From Candidatus Poribacteria bacterium (GTDB taxonomy: Bacteria > Poribacteria > WGA-4E > WGA-3G), in the NCBI GenBank assembly GCA_963665235.2, contig CAXXLX010000001.1, forward strand, positions 2,400,001 to 2,464,000: 64,000 nt of DNA, given 5' to 3'. Below are positions 62,510 to 64,000 of this stretch, piece after piece (positions within the stretch are counted from its first letter, which is position 1; each line of letters begins with the position of its first letter). Both the position numbers and the translations under genes were made by a program. The notes beneath the pieces are model-generated. The model saw nothing but the letters and a program-made list of their open reading frames with translations, did not search any database and had not been told where the DNA came from.

Positions 62510-63460
62510 ATGACGCAATTCGCTTGTATTTTTCCAGGGCAAGGGTCACAGAAAGTCGGCATGGGTGTTGACTTAGCACGAAACTCTACCATTGCTCATG
62601 AGGTTTTTCATACGGCAGACGTAACTTTAGACAAACCGATAACCCGCCTCTGTTTTGAGGGGCCGGAAATGGAACTAAAGCGGACAGAAAATACGCAACT
62701 TGCTGTTTTAACATGTAGCGTTGCAGCGTGGCATGCGCTAGTACAATTCAATGTCGCGCCGAAGGTGGTCGCGGGGCATAGTTTAGGCGAATACGCGGCA
62801 CTTGTGGCGGCCGGTGTCCTCAGTTTTGCTGATGCGCTGCGATTGGTAGATGCACGGGCACAATTCATGGCAGAAGCGAGTGAAGCACAAAGCGGCACAA
62901 TGGCTGCAATTCTCGGAATGGAAACTGAAAAACTTCAGCAGCTCTGTGAGAAGGTAGAAGGTGTGGTGAACATTGCCAATTACAACTGCCCCGGGCAATT
63001 GGTAATTTCAGGGGAGGTTGAAGCAGTCAATCAGGTCATCGAACTTGCTAAAGCTGACATCGGTGCAAGACGTTGTCGGCTGCTGCCGGTGAGTGGGGCA
63101 TTTCATTCGCCGTTGATGGCATCAGCACAGCAGAGGTTTCGAGAAACGCTTAGCACTGTAGCGTTGAAACCGCCTCATATAGGTATTGTGATGAACGTTA
63201 CGGGAGAATTTGCAACAGATGTCGATACCATCCGAGAGCTCCTATTTGAGCAGATAACACAGCCTGTCCAATGGGAAAAATCTCTGCACACTATTGCGAA
63301 AACCGGTATTTCCCATTTTGTGGAGGTCGGTCCTGGGAAGGTCTTGTGTGGGTTAGTCAACCGTACGCTCCCTGAAAGCAGTGTAATGAACGTTGAAGAT
63401 GCCAAAAGTCTTGAGGACACGCTCAAAAAGATTATCGGAGAGGAGGAGCCGCCTGCGTAG
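62510..63460 (+). CDS. fabD: Malonyl-CoA-ACP transacylase
   Basis: FPGQGSQ, GHSLGEY, ANYNCPGQ, VSGAFHS, EVGPGKVL. Confidence 0.96.
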   Translation: MTQFACIFPGQGSQKVGMGVDLARNSTIAHEVFHTADVTLDKPITRLCFEGPEMELKRTENTQLAVLTCSVAAWHALVQFNVAPKVVAGHSLGEYAALVAAGVLSFADALRLVDARAQFMAEASEAQSGTMAAILGMETEKLQQLCEKVEGVVNIANYNCPGQLVISGEVEAVNQVIELAKADIGARRCRLLPVSGAFHSPLMASAQQRFRETLSTVALKPPHIGIVMNVTGEFATDVDTIRELLFEQITQPVQWEKSLHTIAKTGISHFVEVGPGKVLCGLVNRTLPESSVMNVEDAKSLEDTLKKIIGEEEPPA

Positions 63461-63485
63461 GCAGGATCGGTATTTGAGGAAAAAT

Positions 63486-64000
63486 ATGACTGCGGAATAT
63501 AAGTGTCCCTTTAGGGATGACATACTTAGAGGAAAGACAGCAATTGTTACAGGGGCATCGCGCGGTATTGGTGCTGCGATTGCCCGTACACTTTGTGAAG
63601 CCGGTGCGAACGTTGTACTCTGCTCGCGTTCTGCAGAGGCGGTCACCCAGGTCGCCGATACGTTGAAAGGTGAAGGCTATACCGCTGTCGCCACCGCTGC
63701 GGACATCTCCAAAAAATCGGATGTTGAGGGACTCATCCAGGGGGCACTTGACCAGTTTGCGCAGCTCGACATCCTTGTGAATAACGCTGGAATTACCCGC
63801 GATACGTTGCTGATGCGTCTCAAAGATGCCGATTGGGAGGCAGTCTTGCAAACCAACCTTACAGGCACTATGTATTGTACGCGCGCGGTCCTGCGGCCTA
63901 TGATACGGCAGAAGAGCGGACGAATTATCAACATTTCGTCAGTTGTTGGCCTTGTGGGAAATGCCGGACAAGCGAGTTACGCTGCGGCGAAAGCGGGCCT
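63486..64000 (+). CDS. fabG: 3-oxoacyl-ACP reductase, 3'-truncated by window edge (not in ORF track)
   Basis: My translation from ATG 63486: MTAEYKCPFRDDILRGKTAIVTGASRGIG..LVNNAGITRD..GRIINISSVVG.VGNAGQASYAAAKAG. Confidence 0.93.
   Translation, partial: MTAEYKCPFRDDILRGKTAIVTGASRGIGAAIARTLCEAGANVVLCSRSAEAVTQVADTLKGEGYTAVATAADISKKSDVEGLIQGALDQFAQLDILVNNAGITRDTLLMRLKDADWEAVLQTNLTGTMYCTRAVLRPMIRQKSGRIINISSVVGLVGNAGQASYAAAKAG

Noticed and set aside
416-63934. Numerous short antisense or overlapping ORFs in the six-frame track
   Set aside because: They shadow well-supported genes and show no motifs or RBS

Overview
Bacterial chromosomal window of roughly 48-50% GC. The gene content (several PhyH dioxygenases, WD40/TPR/HEAT repeat proteins, Uma2, propeller-SpoIIE sensor, repeat-filled intergenic regions) resembles Candidatus Poribacteria, but that assignment is inference only. 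Housekeeping genes include dapL, purH, trpF, an orphan EF-G, a HelY-like helicase, degP, tRNA-Pro(GGG), hom and yceD-rpmF-fabH-fabD-fabG. Highlights: (1) a tightly coupled DUF488-DUF488-[dual-OB::RecQ] operon, whose first DUF488 ends in a beta-clamp-like motif, is the best candidate for an undescribed DNA repair or defence system. (2) A non-autonomous IsrB/omegaRNA element sits exactly inside the Walker B codons of a restriction-endonuclease-NACHT gene; removing it restores DGLDE and leaves ATGA as the adjacent TAM. (3) Both RNA-guided nuclease genes (isrB, tnpB) are frameshifted by short hairpin insertions, and the tnpB one matches an intergenic palindrome elsewhere in the window. (4) Several MITE and REP families occur, including a nested MITE with six tandem REP-like units. 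(5) Two cassettes encode lineage-specific secreted or membrane-anchored His/Cys-rich proteins. Many single-base frameshifts lie in homopolymers, so some apparent pseudogenes may be sequencing or assembly errors.
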